From Andalucia godoyi And28 (Eukaryota > Protista > Jakobida), in the NCBI GenBank assembly GCA_009859145.1, contig VRVR01000006.1, positions 273,879 through 337,878 of the forward strand: DNA of 64,000 bases, written 5' to 3'. Within the stretch, counting starts at the first letter, position 1. Every line of letters starts with the position of its first letter. Below, one piece after another: positions 1 through 10,301 of this stretch. The notes beneath the pieces are model-generated. The model saw only the letters and a program-made list of their open reading frames with translations, did no database searches and was not told where the DNA came from. The translations under genes and the position numbers were made by a program.

Positions 1-1152
1 GCAATGTGCAAAGCAGAGGGGCAGCGGTCGTATTTATTTTCCAGTCATGCAACGACAGAGTTCAAATCTCGCTGGAACACATCTGTTTATTTCCAACTAA
101 GATTTCAAGAAATAGTGAGCGGCTTGGAGGAGCAGCTAAAGAATCCGCTGCAGCTGTGTATGGGGACTGTCGAAAACACGTACCATTTCACATCTTCTGT
201 CCACTGCTTCAGCACAATACGAAGATGCTGGTCAGATGATGTATTTATCCCTTCGCTTTTCCTGCGAATGCTCCGTCTTACATTCCAGATCTGTTCTCGT
301 TTCTTTTCCTGCTTGCGAGATGTCGTTTCAGGAGCCAGTACAAAGTTTGATGTTGACCTGCTAACATGCTTGTGGATTCAACATGACGTGCAGACATTCA
401 TCTCCGAGATTGATTCTGATTTGGTACCACTTGTCATTCTGCGATCAAAAGACCTGTCGACAGAATCGGAGCTGTCTCAGAAGTTCGCAGCTGCAATTCA
501 ATCATGTCAGACCCAGATCGGGGGTCTCAGTTCTGTAGTAGGGGTGCGGGTGGTGGAACTGCTGTCTACTGCGTCCTCGGAAGCCTTGAAGGGGCTCCGA
601 AGCATTTCGGGTATGTACAGGGGAACGAGCAAAGTGCCGTCTGCTCCTCTTCCATATGTGGCCTCTGTTTTTGTGCCAATGCAGCGTTTTGTCGCGGACG
701 CTCGACAACGGAAGATCAGCGAGCAAGTTACAGTTTCATGGCTGACAAATGCTGTGGAGAATGTAGCTCGGAATTTCTATGACGGAGCTTCCGAGTTGCT
801 GACTGCCGTGCGCAAAACCCAAACATCTCTTGCGAAATTGATGTCTCATAAAGCGAAGCCGCTGAGTGCTGAGGGCAACGCGGGGGATTTGTCGGACTTG
901 AAGCGAGTATGCATGCAGCTGTCCTTCGATGTAGAGGAGTTTTCCAGACAGTGTTCGGTGATTTCGGAAGGCAGAATCGTCGGCACGAGTGTATCTGCAG
1001 TTTCTGGTTTGCTGAAGCTGATTAGGATGCAGTCGGACGTAGAGGTGCGTGGCGTGAATTCATTTCCGAATGCTGATGTCAGTGCTGGCGAGACGGACCT
1101 GCTGCAAGAGACGAATGACAACGATCAGACTGTTGTCGAGACCGGCCAGTAG
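1..1152 (+). CDS. COG2: Conserved oligomeric Golgi complex subunit 2, C-terminal part (5' end lies before the window)
   Basis: The motif RWNTSVYFQLRFQEI matches the COG2 C-terminal domain signature (WNLxVYFQxRFxEI). The frame is open from base 1. Confidence 0.8.
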   Translation, partial: AMCKAEGQRSYLFSSHATTEFKSRWNTSVYFQLRFQEIVSGLEEQLKNPLQLCMGTVENTYHFTSSVHCFSTIRRCWSDDVFIPSLFLRMLRLTFQICSRFFSCLRDVVSGASTKFDVDLLTCLWIQHDVQTFISEIDSDLVPLVILRSKDLSTESELSQKFAAAIQSCQTQIGGLSSVVGVRVVELLSTASSEALKGLRSISGMYRGTSKVPSAPLPYVASVFVPMQRFVADARQRKISEQVTVSWLTNAVENVARNFYDGASELLTAVRKTQTSLAKLMSHKAKPLSAEGNAGDLSDLKRVCMQLSFDVEEFSRQCSVISEGRIVGTSVSAVSGLLKLIRMQSDVEVRGVNSFPNADVSAGETDLLQETNDNDQTVVETGQ

Positions 1153-1390
1153 CACCGTCATTTCTCATTAACTTCTTCCTCTTTTACAAACTCTGTAATC
1201 TACAAAAAAAATCGCTCAGCTCGAAGTGTATTTCGGAACGATGTCCGACAGCCATGTCCGCATCGATTAAATATTATCTCCAGACGAGTTCCTGATTCTT
1301 GATTGCCTGACCTCACAAAAACGGTTTTTTATGAGCTGCAGATGTATTGTGAAAATCCGTTAGCGACGTCTTGGAAACGTCGGGCACGAA

Positions 1391-2722
1391 TTACTTGAGC
1401 ATACTTGCAAGATCATCCGAACTCGCGTCCAGTAAGTTCGTTTGCGAAGCCTTCCTGGCAAAGCCGATACTACCGGAGCTTGAGCAGTTCTTCAGCTGTT
1501 GCGCCCCATCCTGATTGTCAACATTATACAATGAATCCATATCAAGAGATACGAGATTGGAATTTGAACCGCTGTTTGGGAACTTTGGCGTAGAAAGAAC
1601 TCGAGTTAATCCGAAAGCAGATGTCGACGAACTGGGAAACAGGCCAGTGTGATGATGATGCGCTGCAGGGGCATCACCAGAATCACGATGTTCCATGGCC
1701 TGCAAATCCACTTCTGAGGTGCCTCGGCTCATCGGTTCAGAGTGAACGGACTTGCTATCATCGTCGGGAGCGTCTTCGTTTGCATCGGACAAGCTTGACG
1801 CCATGTGGCTCAGTGGCAGCGCCTTTTTCGACCCAGGCTGCCCCGGAGTGTGGTGATCCGGGGGAGACATTCCAATAGACGGCTTCCGGGCATTCTGCAT
1901 CGACATTCCTGCTGCAGAGGGTTTCGGAATTCGAATATTTGATGGCGGAGACGCCATAAGACCCTTCCCGCCCGGTTGCAGCAAAGGATTGACCAAGCCA
2001 TTTCCGCCCTGTGCGCTAGGAACCACAAGCGAGGAAGGTGCTTGCGACAGTCCCTGCGATGTGGATGTAAAAGACGCTGATCCGCTCGTCGAAGATGCCG
2101 CAGACCCAGAGGCAACGAGAGATGGCGTGTTGAATTCCGACGCAGTCATCGGAACGGGGAGAGTAAACTGAATAATGGGCGACACTGAAGAATGCTGGAT
2201 CAATGAAGACCCGACGCCAACAGGAAGCGCAGAGTTGACAAGCGATGATCCCAGAGCCGACATATGAGAATGATGCAACGAATGAACATGCGGATGAGCA
2301 TGCTGCGAAGCTTGGTGTTGATGATATGCAGAGAGACCAGGAATTGCAGAGCCGGACGGAGAATACACATTTGAATTCAAGCCTGAGATATACTGTACAG
2401 CATTTGACGCAGCTTGCCTCCTTCCTCTTTTTGCAGTTGGTTCATTTTGGTGAACATGCGACACACTCTCGCGTTTCGAACTGGACTTTCCGTTTCTCGA
2501 GTCCGAAGCGTTGACTTGCTCTTCTGCATTGTCAGATTCGTCCTCCGAGCTCCCGCCATTTCCAGAATTCTTCTTTGGCCTGCCCCGCTTCTTCGGGGCC
2601 GGATACAAGCACTGGTCAGGAATGCTCAGATCTAGACACCGTTTGCACGGCTGCATACCATTGCATTTCTTGTGCGCATTTCGGCAAAGCTGGCACGCAG
2701 CCTTTGAAGAAGACATGTCCAT
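1391..2722 (-). CDS. Zn(II)2Cys6 binuclear cluster (GAL4-type) transcription factor with low-complexity C-terminus
   Basis: N-terminal ACQLCRNAHKKCNGMQPCKRCLDLSIPDQC has the six-Cys spacing C-x2-C-x6-C-x5-C-x2-C-x8-C. It is followed by the basic/AT-hook-like KKRGRPKK and an S/H/G-rich tail. Confidence 0.85.
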   Translation of the reverse strand: MDMSSSKAACQLCRNAHKKCNGMQPCKRCLDLSIPDQCLYPAPKKRGRPKKNSGNGGSSEDESDNAEEQVNASDSRNGKSSSKRESVSHVHQNEPTAKRGRRQAASNAVQYISGLNSNVYSPSGSAIPGLSAYHQHQASQHAHPHVHSLHHSHMSALGSSLVNSALPVGVGSSLIQHSSVSPIIQFTLPVPMTASEFNTPSLVASGSAASSTSGSASFTSTSQGLSQAPSSLVVPSAQGGNGLVNPLLQPGGKGLMASPPSNIRIPKPSAAGMSMQNARKPSIGMSPPDHHTPGQPGSKKALPLSHMASSLSDANEDAPDDDSKSVHSEPMSRGTSEVDLQAMEHRDSGDAPAAHHHHTGLFPSSSTSAFGLTRVLSTPKFPNSGSNSNLVSLDMDSLYNVDNQDGAQQLKNCSSSGSIGFARKASQTNLLDASSDDLASMLK

Positions 2723-2901
2723 TGTGAGAACAAGTTACGAAAAAAGAAGAACCGGACACTCCGACTTTGACGAGCAATCGGACTGGTACAAAACAAAACA
2801 AAACAAAACAAAACAAATATAAAATAAAAATAAAAAATAAAAATTCGGAAACGGCAAGAAGGAAAATAAGGTACGAAAGCAGAAAAGAGAATAGTAAGAA
2901 T

Positions 2902-2949
<48 letters not shown>

Positions 2950-2995
2950 AATAATAATAATGATAACAATAATAACAATAATAACAATAATAACA
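2902..2995 (+). repeat. Compound microsatellite: (AAC)n followed by (AAT/AAC)n
   Basis: About 15 perfect AAC units, then mixed AAT/AAC units, upstream of the Zn2Cys6 gene. This tract creates the poly-N/L/V/C ORFs in the track. Confidence 0.95.
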
Positions 2996-3294
2996 AAAAT
3001 GGTTAATAAAGGAGTTGCGAAACGGAAAGGTCGATGAGCTGTCGGATGCAAAATGGAGGGAATTCAATGAGAAACAGAAAGCTGACCTTCGCTGACATGA
3101 CACAAACTGGTTTTACAGTCGACGGCAAATTCTCTGGTTGCTGAAAGGGCTTTCGAGAAAACTCGGAAAGGTTACCTGCTCGGGTCGCTGGGGGGGAGAC
3201 GTTGTTGATTGAACGTACGTACGTCCGTCAATCGCAGACCGAGACACGCCGCAGTGTCCATCAATTAAGACAATAGATCTGTTGTTCCTTCAGC

Positions 3295-4383
3295 ATGAAA
3301 AAGGGTTCGCAAGCACCACGACATTCAGAAGCTTCATCCGTCCATGTGAAACGAGATTTGAGGCCCGAAGAGCAGAGGAGTTGGGAGAATGTTTCTTTCG
3401 CCGCCGATCTCGTTCCTTCGGTTCGATCTGCATTGGAGAATCCACCACTTCTTCTGGGAGATGAATCTACGTTGCCCGTTGCGGAGCCATGCGATTATGT
3501 CGGTGCTGCGACCGAGGGTTCTTTGGGTCGAAAGAGGAAGACCGGAGAATTCTCAGACGCTGCATTTGCAAAGTTTCAGCGGGTGTTTCAACGCTGGAGA
3601 GGGCCGTCTGTTGCAGACATCCTGACGTTCAATGAGCAATTGTGTAGAGTTTATGGCCACCGAACGCAAAGAAGCTCTGGAAAGACTGTCTTGGATGGTC
3701 TTGTTGCAGTCATGTTGTCACAGAACACCACAGATCGCAATTCTTCTGCTGCGTTCCACAGTCTCAAAAGCCGATTTCGCACGTGGCAGGAAGTTCGACA
3801 GTGCAATGTTGCAGAGCTTGAGGAATCGATTCGCGTGGGTGGTCTTGCGCCTACAAAAGCAAGACGAATCAAGAAATTGCTCGATCAGCTTTTTGAGTCC
3901 AACCGTGGCGAACTGTCTCTTGAGCATCTCCGCCACTCTCCCACGGAAGAAGTCGTTCGCGAACTCTCGCAATTCGATGGCATTGGACCAAAGTCGATTT
4001 CGTGTGTTTTGCTTTTTACTATGGGACGCCATGATTTCCCAGTGGATACACATGTGCACAGACTCTGCAGTCGATTTGGTTGGACTCCTGCGCAGAGTTC
4101 TCGAGAAGACACGTACCACTATATGAACGCTCTTGTGCCCGATGGCATTCAGTATGAGCTGCATGTGAATATGGTTCAGCACGGCCGCAAGATTTGCAAG
4201 AGCCAAGCTCCGATGTGCTCCATGTGCCACCTGTGCTTAATTTGTCCAACGGGCCAGAAACGAGTTCACGGGAAGACGGACACGGACATCGAGGACCTTA
4301 TCTCCCTGCAGTCTGTCGAGCATAAACAGACTGCCACCACCACCAACACGCAGGCCAAGCTCCAGCAAGGTTCTTGCGCATGA
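3295..4383 (+). CDS. HhH-GPD superfamily DNA glycosylase (endonuclease III-like) with a C-terminal [4Fe-4S] motif
   Basis: LVAVMLSQNTTD; HhH motif LSQFDGIGPKS; catalytic-Asp motif FPVDTHVHR; FeS cluster CKSQAPMCSMCHLCLIC (C-x6-C-x2-C-x5-C). Confidence 0.9.
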   Translation: MKKGSQAPRHSEASSVHVKRDLRPEEQRSWENVSFAADLVPSVRSALENPPLLLGDESTLPVAEPCDYVGAATEGSLGRKRKTGEFSDAAFAKFQRVFQRWRGPSVADILTFNEQLCRVYGHRTQRSSGKTVLDGLVAVMLSQNTTDRNSSAAFHSLKSRFRTWQEVRQCNVAELEESIRVGGLAPTKARRIKKLLDQLFESNRGELSLEHLRHSPTEEVVRELSQFDGIGPKSISCVLLFTMGRHDFPVDTHVHRLCSRFGWTPAQSSREDTYHYMNALVPDGIQYELHVNMVQHGRKICKSQAPMCSMCHLCLICPTGQKRVHGKTDTDIEDLISLQSVEHKQTATTTNTQAKLQQGSCA

Positions 4384-4726
4384 CCAGTTGACCACCGCAT
4401 CAGGTAGTGCCAGTTGGTCGGGATGTGCATGTGCCCGTTTCCTGTTGTACATCATCATCGGCCCAAGCATGTCCTTTTGAACGGGAAAGAGAGATCTCGA
4501 ATGGTCGACCCGTCGAGGAATCCGCTGTCCTTCTGTTTCTCCGTCGTTTTGTCCAATTATCATCTTCTTCATTGTTGCGATTTTCTCGGTGAGCTTTTTG
4601 CGCGTTTTGCTTTTATTTGTAGTTATAAATTATCTCTTCTTCTTCTTCATCTTTTTGTTTCTTCATCTTTCTTTCTTTGGAATCCTTTTTGAGAGTATTG
4701 GATGCAAAAAAAAAAACCCCCGGAAA

Positions 4727-5692
4727 ATGCTGACCGACTCGTCGTTTCACCGCGTATTGTTATGTTGGTTTTCTGTCATTACCCTGATACTGTTTGCTTT
4801 TCCGGATTCCATTGATTATTGTCATATGGATCGGAGGAAGAATCCGTATTCTCTGCGAACCACGCTCGTCAGTCCGTCGGTGTTTTTGTATGCAAGCTTG
4901 CTGATTGCGATAGCTGGACTGATCTTGCTTGTGATTCGCGCGCTTCCTGGAAAGCGCATTGATGTGTTCATGGACGGTGTTGCAACGGTTGTGTGGTACG
5001 AATCGTCCTACAATGTCCTGTACACCGCGAAGTATCTTCTCGGGGATTATAATTGTGCAGACGGACCAAATTCAATATCCGGTCACTACAATCTGTACAT
5101 CTTCCTTTGTGTTTCCCTGTTTTATTTGACGGTGAAAAATCGTAGGAATGCGCGTTTGATTGCAAACTACGTGAATCGCAAGTTGCTGACGCACATATCG
5201 CTGTTCAAACTGACGATTTCAGCGTTCATTGCAGTTCTGATTTGCACCACCTTTCTTTTTCTGGCTGTCTTTTCGTCCTATCGAACGTGGGTCTTTGGAT
5301 TCCACACGATCCGCCAGATATGCTATGGATCGCTGTTTGCCGTTATTAACTTGTTCATCTGGTCGCTGGTCATTGGTGCAGAGTACTCGTCCCAGCACGC
5401 AGCTCAACATCGAGACCGCAGGAGGGTTCTGCTGGGGTCGTCCGTGTTCCTAGGCCTCTCTGTGGTCTTCAAGATTGCATTTTCCCCTGTGCAACTGTGG
5501 GACCACTTTGTTTTTCAGCTGTTGCTGCTGTTCATTCTGCTCTTCGTGTTCAAGTATGTTTCTCCTTCTTTCCCAATACCCAGTGACACTTATTCCGCGA
5601 ATGATGACAACTTACGCGCAGTAGCAGGTCCGGACGACTTCACGCTGCCCATCGTTCCGATTAATCGGATCTCTGTACATACGAGTAGTTGA
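4727..5692 (+). CDS. PAP2/LPT-superfamily multi-pass membrane phosphatase (FIT/DOLPP-like)
   Basis: Several hydrophobic segments, a C2-like motif SISGH and a C3-like motif SYRTWVFGFHTIRQ (R-x5-H-x3-Q). Start moved to the ATG at 4727 because the upstream ORF extension is poly-T/A spacer. Confidence 0.6.
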   Translation: MLTDSSFHRVLLCWFSVITLILFAFPDSIDYCHMDRRKNPYSLRTTLVSPSVFLYASLLIAIAGLILLVIRALPGKRIDVFMDGVATVVWYESSYNVLYTAKYLLGDYNCADGPNSISGHYNLYIFLCVSLFYLTVKNRRNARLIANYVNRKLLTHISLFKLTISAFIAVLICTTFLFLAVFSSYRTWVFGFHTIRQICYGSLFAVINLFIWSLVIGAEYSSQHAAQHRDRRRVLLGSSVFLGLSVVFKIAFSPVQLWDHFVFQLLLLFILLFVFKYVSPSFPIPSDTYSANDDNLRAVAGPDDFTLPIVPINRISVHTSS

Positions 5693-6174
5693 CTATTTTC
5701 CTGTTTGAACTATTTTCTTTTTCTTCTGCTTCTGGACCGCAGTCGAGTGAATTCTCATGATGCTGGGGTTCGCATTGGCAGTGCTCGAGGAGTGTGGAAA
5801 CTGCGTGCAGGGTTGCCGAGCGATTACATCGTCTTCCATGACTTGCTTGTCTCTTTTATTTTATTTTATTTTATTTATTTTTGATTCGCGATACATGCGC
5901 TGTTGTTGTGTGTTTTCGTCGGTTGTTTTCCGTGTCTGTGTCTGTGTCTGTTGTTGTTTTAGAGACTCTGTGGCTAGTACGGACTTCAAAAAAGGTAAAA
6001 CATAAAGCACTAAACAATAAATGGCTTACTCGTCGCTCAAGATACTAAATTCAACTGTATTGGCGGGAATGAAAACTTCAAGCATATGAAAACTATCGAT
6101 GGCGAGAGCACAGAGAGGATGCTGTTCTCTTTCTTCTTCTTCTTCTTCTTCTTTTGTTTTTGTTTTTGTTTTGG

Positions 6175-8238
6175 TCAGTGTGACATTGCTGGTTCGGAAG
6201 GGGCGTCCGGGAGCAGCCAAGTGGGAATGCGAGCAGTCTGGATCTCCTGGATCTTCACAGACCTCTCCCTCGATTCAATTGCTTCGAATCTGTGCATTTC
6301 CTTGCGGATCTCCTGAATGAGTTTGGACTCATCATCACCAATTCGTGCCAAGTCACTAACGGCGGTAGCCAGTTTCTGGACAACCACCTGCGCACGGCCA
6401 GTCGAGGCAAGTCGGTCATGCAGTTCCTGTTCGGCCTTTTGCAGTTCCAAAAGTAGTTCTTGCGGGCTGGCAAACAAGCCGCCTCGAAGAGCGATTCGGT
6501 GCAACGTAGCGCGAACGGCCTTCGCCAAGTCTTTGAAGTTCTGATGGAACGGGGCAAGCATGGATTCAACACCCTCCAAATCCGCTTGCAGATGCGATAG
6601 AATCGAGTTGACAAATGAAATATGGTTCTGCTGCAGATGATTCCATCTTGCACCTTCCACTTGCAGTCTTAGCTGCATCAACACTTGTAACACTCCAACA
6701 AATAGTTTCTCGACGTATGACACCTGTTTCTGCCGAACATGTTGCAGTTTTGCATTCGCGAACTTCCACTGCAAGAACTCTGCATAAACGAGCTCTCGCT
6801 CACTATCAATGTTTGCAGCACCAGTACCCGCAGTATGCGAAACCCCTTGTCCGACCGTGCTTCCAGACAAGGACGAATGCCCCACGAACGCACCACTGGC
6901 ACCAGAGCCGCCAACGACCGCGCCCCCAGCCACTCCCAGAGCAGGGGACAACGACGACACGCCTGCGGCTTCCCTCGAATTGACAGAGGAAACAGCCTGT
7001 GCAAGGGCCTGTCGTTGTTTTCGTCGTTCCTGAAGCAAAACCTTCACACGCTCCGGATCAATAGACTCTGTTCGAGCAAGCGAGACTGTATACCCGCCAA
7101 GACCGGAGAATTTCTTCTTTGCGGAGTTTGCAATGTTTGATGAATGCGAGGAAACAGACGCAGAGGACACGGATGACGGGGTTGAAGCAACCGACACCGA
7201 GGACGAAGCCACCGACACCGAGGCCGAAGACGGTCTTTTCTTCTTTGCAGTGGACAGCAGCATATCCTGCTGTTGCTTCTGCGATCTGTACTGTTCCAGT
7301 AACTCTCTTCTGCTCGGTGTTTGAGCAGGAGACGGTACTGGATCCTGAATGACCCTGGAGGCCATTGCTACGGCTGAAGTTAGCCGGACGGGGGTCTTCA
7401 TTTCCGGCTCATGCTGCAGGGACGAGGAAAAAGAAGAAGATCTGGCAGATTCCGGTCTGGATCGACTTGTAACAGAAGAACTTCTCGCCGCAGCATTTTG
7501 CGGAAGTGCGCGAACATGGCCTTGGCTTTGACTTGAAACTTCGATACGCGACCGACTTGAGGAGCGCAACAAATCGACTGGTTTGGGCCGATTTTCTGCA
7601 TTCTGCGTCACAGAAGACGATCTCTTTTTCTTTTCCGCAGACTGCAAATACCGGGATTCGATGACTTTGAACCGCTTCTTCGCGGATGCCGTTGATGAAT
7701 TCGATGAGTTCGACGATGCAGAAACGTCGGATCGCGCACTTGGAGATCGCGCATTGGATCGAAACAGGGCAAATTCATCTTCTTCATTATCATTGTGAAC
7801 ATCATCATGAGCAAGCCCATGGCCATTCTCATTGCAGAGCCCTGCTTCGATACTTTCACGCTCATTTGAACGCGAAGACCTGGCACTCGCGCCAAACGTC
7901 CGTGAATGTTGAGTCAGGACCCGCTGCATCAGAGCAGCAGAAAGCTGAGAATTCATCGACGACGAATCGTCTTCCGACTCGTCTTCGGACTCCCGATTGA
8001 AGTCGATGTGCTTTCGAGTGGATCCAAACGGTTCGGATGGATTGCGGACTGCATGACCAGATCCCGCTGCTGTTGTTTCATTTGTCGGTCTGGCAGAAGG
8101 AACAGCTGCTCTCGAACGAGCTGGAGCCACAGATGCCTTCGCTGCTGGTTTCGTCGAGATTGTCGATCGCGAAGTGGACACAGAGACTGCAGACGATGGA
8201 CGCGTCGACACCCCCGCAGCAAGAGGCCTCTTTGACAT
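6175..8238 (-). CDS. QWRF-domain / augmin subunit 8 (HAUS8/AUG8)-like protein
   Basis: A long S/R-rich disordered N-terminus precedes a helical C-terminal domain containing FLQWKFANAKL (plant QWRF family: LLQWRFxNA). Likely ATG at 8238. Confidence 0.65.
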   Translation of the reverse strand: MSKRPLAAGVSTRPSSAVSVSTSRSTISTKPAAKASVAPARSRAAVPSARPTNETTAAGSGHAVRNPSEPFGSTRKHIDFNRESEDESEDDSSSMNSQLSAALMQRVLTQHSRTFGASARSSRSNERESIEAGLCNENGHGLAHDDVHNDNEEDEFALFRSNARSPSARSDVSASSNSSNSSTASAKKRFKVIESRYLQSAEKKKRSSSVTQNAENRPKPVDLLRSSSRSRIEVSSQSQGHVRALPQNAAARSSSVTSRSRPESARSSSFSSSLQHEPEMKTPVRLTSAVAMASRVIQDPVPSPAQTPSRRELLEQYRSQKQQQDMLLSTAKKKRPSSASVSVASSSVSVASTPSSVSSASVSSHSSNIANSAKKKFSGLGGYTVSLARTESIDPERVKVLLQERRKQRQALAQAVSSVNSREAAGVSSLSPALGVAGGAVVGGSGASGAFVGHSSLSGSTVGQGVSHTAGTGAANIDSERELVYAEFLQWKFANAKLQHVRQKQVSYVEKLFVGVLQVLMQLRLQVEGARWNHLQQNHISFVNSILSHLQADLEGVESMLAPFHQNFKDLAKAVRATLHRIALRGGLFASPQELLLELQKAEQELHDRLASTGRAQVVVQKLATAVSDLARIGDDESKLIQEIRKEMHRFEAIESRERSVKIQEIQTARIPTWLLPDAPSEPAMSH

Positions 8239-8839
8239 TTTCTCAATATCCAAAAAAAGAACCAGTTTCCTTCCAAAATGAATACTTAAACTAAAATAAA
8301 TCAAAATAAAATAATCAAAATAAAGAAATACTTCAAAAACAAAATAAAATAATAATAATAGAAAGAAATGAGCTCAGCGAGTGCCAAACATTTGGCTCGC
8401 ATGCTGCGCCTCAGACAGATTACCTGGCGTAAAAAGGGACTTTTTAACAGTCAGCACCAGCGCCCATCCAATGAAGCCCCCCCTTTTGAGTGGGACATCC
8501 GTGCATGACAGAGACAACCTGTGTTTTTCGTTCAGAGCTCTCGAATTGATCTTTCATTCTCTGTTTTCAATCGAGCGGATATTGCATTGATTGTTGATTG
8601 GCAATGGTGTGCACCACATAGAGAGAGAGAGAGAGAGAGAGGCCGGAGCGGAGGAATCATCGATTGCAAAGGAATGTGGCTCTCAGTATTCGACAGTCTC
8701 TCTCAGTGGGCCTCGACCTGCACATCTTCAGCCATACTATCCGATGATCTTCACAGCCGTCCACCAGACGTTTGAGTTGGAGAGTAGTACCATTAACGGA
8801 AGAGCGTTTGGTTTTTATAATAGTCGATGTCGGTAGGTG

Positions 8840-9709
8840 TTACTGACTTCCATTGGCAGCCTTGAGCGCAATCTCCTTGAAGGAGGCGTATGTCTTTTCG
8901 AGGTTGTCGTTGACAATGACATGATCAAAGAATCCTGGATTGTTGTCGCAAAACTCGAGTTCGGCCTTTGCGTTTCCAAGGCGGAGCTGGATCTTTTCCT
9001 CGGACTCGGTCCCGCGGCCCCGAAGTCTCTTTTCCAGCTCTTCCATACCAGGTGGTCTCACAAACAAGTACACTGCGTTCAGCGGACTCTTCTTGACCGA
9101 CTGCGCCCCTTGGACATCGATGTCGAGGATGCATGCCTTACCACTCTCCGCAACCTTTCCGACTCCAGCAAACGAAGTGCCATACATATTCCCGTGGACC
9201 AGCGCAGTCTCCACAAATCCGCCGGCAGCCTTGAGCTTTTCCATCTCCTCGTGTGTCGAAAAATTGTAATGGATTCCGTGTTCTTCGCCAGATCGAGGTG
9301 CTCGGGTTGTGTGAGAGACCGAAAAGCCAAACAACGACGGGTATTCCGACATCAGCTTTCCAATCAGCGTTCCCTTTCCAACTCCCGAAGGCCCACAGAC
9401 AACAATTGGGTGCGGATTCTTCTTGGAAACGTTTCCGTTATCGCTGTTTGACGAAGAAGCAGCTGAAGTCGAGTTCTGCTGGTTGGACTGATTAATGGAC
9501 GAAATGCGAGAAAAGAACTGGTTTGCATGAGCGTAAACATCTGTTGGTTTGTGTAAAAGAACATCGGCTACAAAGTCGTTCAGCAAAGATGAGAGTTCGG
9601 GGTGCGCAGACAGATACGAAGAAAAGTCGGACGCTAGCGACGCGGAGCGCTCACGAAGCAGCAGCGAGTCTTCAAACGTGTGTACGGGCTTGGGGGTTGG
9701 GGACGACAT
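8840..9709 (-). CDS. GUK1: Guanylate kinase with an N-terminal RIIa/Dpy-30-like docking helix pair
   Basis: P-loop [39 protein letters not shown] and [13 protein letters not shown]-terminal [28 protein letters not shown] resembles a D/D domain. Likely ATG at 9709. Confidence 0.92.
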   Translation of the reverse strand: MSSPTPKPVHTFEDSLLLRERSASLASDFSSYLSAHPELSSLLNDFVADVLLHKPTDVYAHANQFFSRISSINQSNQQNSTSAASSSNSDNGNVSKKNPHPIVVCGPSGVGKGTLIGKLMSEYPSLFGFSVSHTTRAPRSGEEHGIHYNFSTHEEMEKLKAAGGFVETALVHGNMYGTSFAGVGKVAESGKACILDIDVQGAQSVKKSPLNAVYLFVRPPGMEELEKRLRGRGTESEEKIQLRLGNAKAELEFCDNNPGFFDHVIVNDNLEKTYASFKEIALKAANGSQ

Positions 9710-9809
9710 CAATCGCGGCAGAGAAAGAAGCGGGCGAGACCGAGCGAAAAGAACAGATATGATAGGCAATACCTTGGAGAACTTTTTTGTGGCTCTACTT
9801 GTGCGGAGA

Positions 9810-9860
9810 CGATGATGATGATAATAATAATAATAAATAATAATAATTATTATTATTATT
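9810..9860. repeat. Head-to-head (GAT)n(AAT)n/(ATT)n microsatellite, quasi-palindromic
   Basis: gatgatgatgataataataataataaataataataattattattattatt, upstream of GUK1. Confidence 0.8.
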
Positions 9861-10301
9861 CTGTTTTTGAAGAGGCAAACGCTCAATGACACGGATGACA
9901 GACTGGATTTTATTGCTTTGACGACCAACAGCTGGCAGGAATTTTTGATTGACGACAGATTGAGGTAAGGAAAAAAAACCCTAGGCCTCTTGGAAGTCAG
10001 AATACAAAAAAAAATGTATTTAAAAAATTGAACGAAAAAAGAAAAAGAATGGAATCTCTAACCCTAGACAAATCTCTGTACACAGTCTTTCTACACAAGT
10101 CGTCCTTTCTTCCCCACTCATCTGTTGTTTTGAATTTTGCACCATGAAATAAAACAAAACGAGCAGAGACAGTCATTCTATTGTTGATTCCTTCATCTCT
10201 GCGGTTTTTTTCTTTTTGTGGTTATTGTTGAAGAAAGTAACACAACAGGAGAATATTTTTTAATTAAATTAATTAATTGAAAAAAGAAAGAGAAACCAGG
10301 A

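Noticed and set aside
2616-3103. Poly-L/V/C/N ORFs of 79-139 aa
   Set aside because: They are translation artefacts of the AAC/AAT microsatellite.
4589-4726. N-terminal ORF extensions (also 8239-8304, 9710-9928, 36085-36207, 44441-44581, 56829-57032)
   Set aside because: They run through poly-A/T or microsatellite spacer sequence. Downstream ATGs align with the expected family starts or follow the spacer directly.
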